Of a DNA stretch of 32,000 bases, positions 29,323 through 32,000 are shown one piece after another. How positions within the stretch are numbered: the first letter of the stretch is position 1; each line of letters begins with the position of its first letter. Source of the DNA: Wolbachia endosymbiont of Dirofilaria (Dirofilaria) immitis. Lineage in GTDB: Bacteria > Pseudomonadota > Alphaproteobacteria > Rickettsiales > Anaplasmataceae. The notes beneath the pieces were generated by a model, which was not told the origin of the DNA, did no database searches, and saw only the letters and a program-made list of their open reading frames with translations. Location: assembly GCF_013365455.1 (NCBI RefSeq), contig NZ_CP046578.1, positions 450,001-482,000 of the forward strand, written 5' to 3'. The translations under genes were made by a program, and so were the position numbers.

Positions 29323-32000
29323 ATGAGATTAGATATTATAAATCCCAATTTTTCTGTGTGGGTAAACGCATCTGCTGGTGCAGGCAAAACAAAAATCTTA
29401 ATAGATAGAGTATTAAGACTTTTATTAGAAAATAAGAGAAATATTCTCTGCTTAACATTCACCAATGCTGCAGCAAATGAAATGGAGGGTCGCATTCACA
29501 ACATACTGAGTAAGTGGGCCATGTGTTCGAATAGTGAATTAATTGCATCTTTAGAGCAATTAGGTCTCTCCTTACTGTCACTTAAGTGCCACCATTCACC
29601 ATTCCAGGATCCAATACTAAAATCCAAAGAAAATAAAGTATCTGATCATTATATAATCCGAGCAAGAAGGCTTTTTTCTGAATTGGAAAATTTGGGCTTA
29701 ACTATACAGACCATACATGCTTTTTGTTACAAATTAATCTCCAACTTCCCTATAGAAGCTGGCATCTCTCCAAATTATATGCTGAGTGAGTGCAAAGAAT
29801 TACATTCTATAGCATTCAAAAAAACGCTTTACAACGAAGCCGTGCAAGATAGTATAGACTCTATTGCAGCAGAAATTGATGAAAATAAACTGCGCGATTT
29901 ACTTTACACTTTATGTGTAAGAAGGCCATTACCAGCAACTGATTTAGAATATATAAAAGATAAACTTGGTGTTCCAGATGAAGTTCATGACCTAGCAAAC
30001 GAGACGATTAGGTATATAGAAAGGTTATCTGAAATATTAAGCAATGGCGGTAAAAGAGAGCGAAGTTATAGTGTCATACTCTCCAATTGGTGTAGCGGCA
30101 CAAAAACATCTGCCACCCAAGCAACTAATACTAAAATACAGGAAAAAAAGGATGTAGATTTTAAGGTAATGTACTGGAATACCAAAATAGAAAATTTAGC
30201 TAAGATATTTTTAAAATCAGAATCTTATGAAAAAAAAAGCATATCATCTATAATAACAAAAGGCATCTTAGAGAAATTCAAAGATGCAGAATGGATAGTA
30301 AAGAATATTCAGAATATAGTATTTACTTATACAAGAGATATTAACTCCTATAAAATATTCAAGAGAACTAGCAACTTACTTAACATATTCAAAGTGTACA
30401 CTGACTTATATAACAGTGAAAAATCAAAAAATGCATTACTCGACTACAACGATATAATCGACTTAGCAACAAATCTTCTAAGTAATCCAGAGTATAAAGA
30501 TTGGGTATTGTTTAACTTAGATCAAAAAATAGATCACATTCTTATTGATGAAGCACAAGATAATAGCATTGATCAATGGAAAATTATAATAAATCTCTGT
30601 GACAAATTCTTTACCAGTGGTGAAGAAAAACGAACCCTGTTTGTTGTTGGCGACATAAAACAATCTATTTACAGATTTCAAGGGGCAAATCCCTATCTAT
30701 TTAATCACATGCAACAATACTTCTATACAAAAACTGGTAACAGAAACTGGATATCATGCCAACTTAAAAAATCATTTCGCTCAGCTCCAGAAATTCTAGC
30801 ATTTGTAGATAAAATATTCAACAACTTTTGCAAAGAGATATCCTTTATTGATAGTGAAATAAAACATACTCCAAACAGAAAAAATGATCAAGGGTATATT
30901 GAAATTTGGCCACTATTACCAAGCCTCAAAGAAGAAAAACAGCAGACTTTACAAATTCATTTAACAGATAAAAAAGATTACATAATGTTAGACCGCCTGC
31001 TTGCTCAATCAATAGCTCAAAAAATTCACAACTGGTTAAGCAAAGGGCGAATCTTAGTTGCTAAAGATCGCCATATAGAACCAAGAGACATTATGATCTT
31101 AGTACGGCAAAGAAATGTGTTAGTTGATTATATAGTGAGCGAGCTTAAAAAAGCAAAAGTGCCGGTTATAGGGCGAGACTATTTTAAGATTATGGACTAT
31201 ATAGTTATACAGGATTTAATAGCTTTAGCCGAATTTTTACTCCTTCCTACAAATGATTTAGCTCTTGCGAATGTTTTAAAATCTCCACTATTTAACTTTA
31301 CTGAAGATGATTTATTTAGCATTGCATATGATCGTAAAGAACAGTCGTTATGGGAAAGACTTCATAATTATTGCTGGATTGTCTATAGTGAATTAAACTA
31401 TCTTATCAACTTATCTCGTATAGAATCACCTCTTACATTGTTCACACATATAATACACACAGGCAAGAAGAAATTTGCTGCAAGACTTGGTACTGAGTAC
31501 TTCGAAGTCTTAGATGAGTTTATAAACCTTGTGTTAAAATTTGAAAACCTATCCCTTCAAGCATTTATTCAATGGATCAAAGAAAATAATCCAGAAATTA
31601 AAAATGATACACAATTAAAGCGCAATGCTGTGCGGATAATGACAATCCACAAATCAAAAGGCCTGCAAGCTCCTATAGTATTCTTAGTTGATACAAATAC
31701 GGTACCAAGAAACAATGAGAACATTATTTTTGATATAATGGAAGCACCATTTTGGTGTGGAAAGGATACTAACATTCATTGTGACCAAGTAAAGAGAGAG
31801 AGGAAAATGGAGGACTATAATGAATATTTACGTTTGCTATATGTAGCACTTACTCGCGCTGAAGATGAATTATATATTTTAGGTAAAGAGCCAGTACAAA
31901 AAGGTTCTTGGTATGATCTGCTTACTAAGCAGCAAGAGCTATATGAAAAGAAACAAGCTTGGTTACAGCCGATGTTTAAAGAAAAAGTTAAAGTACTATG
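29323..32000 (+). CDS. addA: AddA-like double-strand break repair helicase/exonuclease (UvrD superfamily), 5' part, runs off the window end
   Basis: Manual translation from the ATG at 29323 stays open to the window end: MRLDIINPNFSVWVNASAGAGKTKILIDRVLRLLLENKRNILCLTFTNAAANEM..., IDHILIDEAQDNSIDQWKII, VVGDIKQSIYRFQGANPYLF, MTIHKSKGLQAPIVFLVDTN, LLYVALTRAEDELYILG. Confidence 0.9.
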   Translation, partial: MRLDIINPNFSVWVNASAGAGKTKILIDRVLRLLLENKRNILCLTFTNAAANEMEGRIHNILSKWAMCSNSELIASLEQLGLSLLSLKCHHSPFQDPILKSKENKVSDHYIIRARRLFSELENLGLTIQTIHAFCYKLISNFPIEAGISPNYMLSECKELHSIAFKKTLYNEAVQDSIDSIAAEIDENKLRDLLYTLCVRRPLPATDLEYIKDKLGVPDEVHDLANETIRYIERLSEILSNGGKRERSYSVILSNWCSGTKTSATQATNTKIQEKKDVDFKVMYWNTKIENLAKIFLKSESYEKKSISSIITKGILEKFKDAEWIVKNIQNIVFTYTRDINSYKIFKRTSNLLNIFKVYTDLYNSEKSKNALLDYNDIIDLATNLLSNPEYKDWVLFNLDQKIDHILIDEAQDNSIDQWKIIINLCDKFFTSGEEKRTLFVVGDIKQSIYRFQGANPYLFNHMQQYFYTKTGNRNWISCQLKKSFRSAPEILAFVDKIFNNFCKEISFIDSEIKHTPNRKNDQGYIEIWPLLPSLKEEKQQTLQIHLTDKKDYIMLDRLLAQSIAQKIHNWLSKGRILVAKDRHIEPRDIMILVRQRNVLVDYIVSELKKAKVPVIGRDYFKIMDYIVIQDLIALAEFLLLPTNDLALANVLKSPLFNFTEDDLFSIAYDRKEQSLWERLHNYCWIVYSELNYLINLSRIESPLTLFTHIIHTGKKKFAARLGTEYFEVLDEFINLVLKFENLSLQAFIQWIKENNPEIKNDTQLKRNAVRIMTIHKSKGLQAPIVFLVDTNTVPRNNENIIFDIMEAPFWCGKDTNIHCDQVKRERKMEDYNEYLRLLYVALTRAEDELYILGKEPVQKGSWYDLLTKQQELYEKKQAWLQPMFKEKVKVL

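Noticed and set aside
1-32000. CRISPR array, prophage, toxin-antitoxin, ankyrin-repeat or restriction/defence locus
   Set aside because: I looked for regularly spaced repeats, phage structural or integrase-like proteins, ankyrin motifs and small paired ORFs and found none supportable. The window is essentially housekeeping.

Overview
The window is an AT-rich, compact alphaproteobacterial segment. Gene content and protein sequences look like Wolbachia or a close Anaplasmataceae relative (inference from family knowledge, no database search run). It is mostly a housekeeping region. Features found: ctaB(partial)-coxA-coxB; a lone HlyD-type T1SS adaptor; fabG; a stand-alone VirB2/TrbC-like pilin; an M48 protease with a TPR-like tail; a tight atpH-atpA-greA-ribB cluster; ubiE; an MsbA-like ABC exporter; argS; an NhaC-type antiporter; an RluC/D pseudouridine synthase; pdhA; hemJ; a lineage-restricted-looking acidic hypothetical protein; dxr; pstB-dapB; holA; a znuB-like permease, an Mth938-domain protein and ispE; and the 5' part of an AddA-like helicase/nuclease. 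I found no CRISPR array, prophage, intact IS element, rRNA or confident tRNA, and no clear new multi-gene system. The items most worth a second look are the orphan VirB2-like pilin, the small hypothetical between hemJ and dxr, the low-coding-density block at 11186-16314, and several perfect or near-perfect hairpins in intergenic DNA, including a double-palindrome region at 3490-3598.
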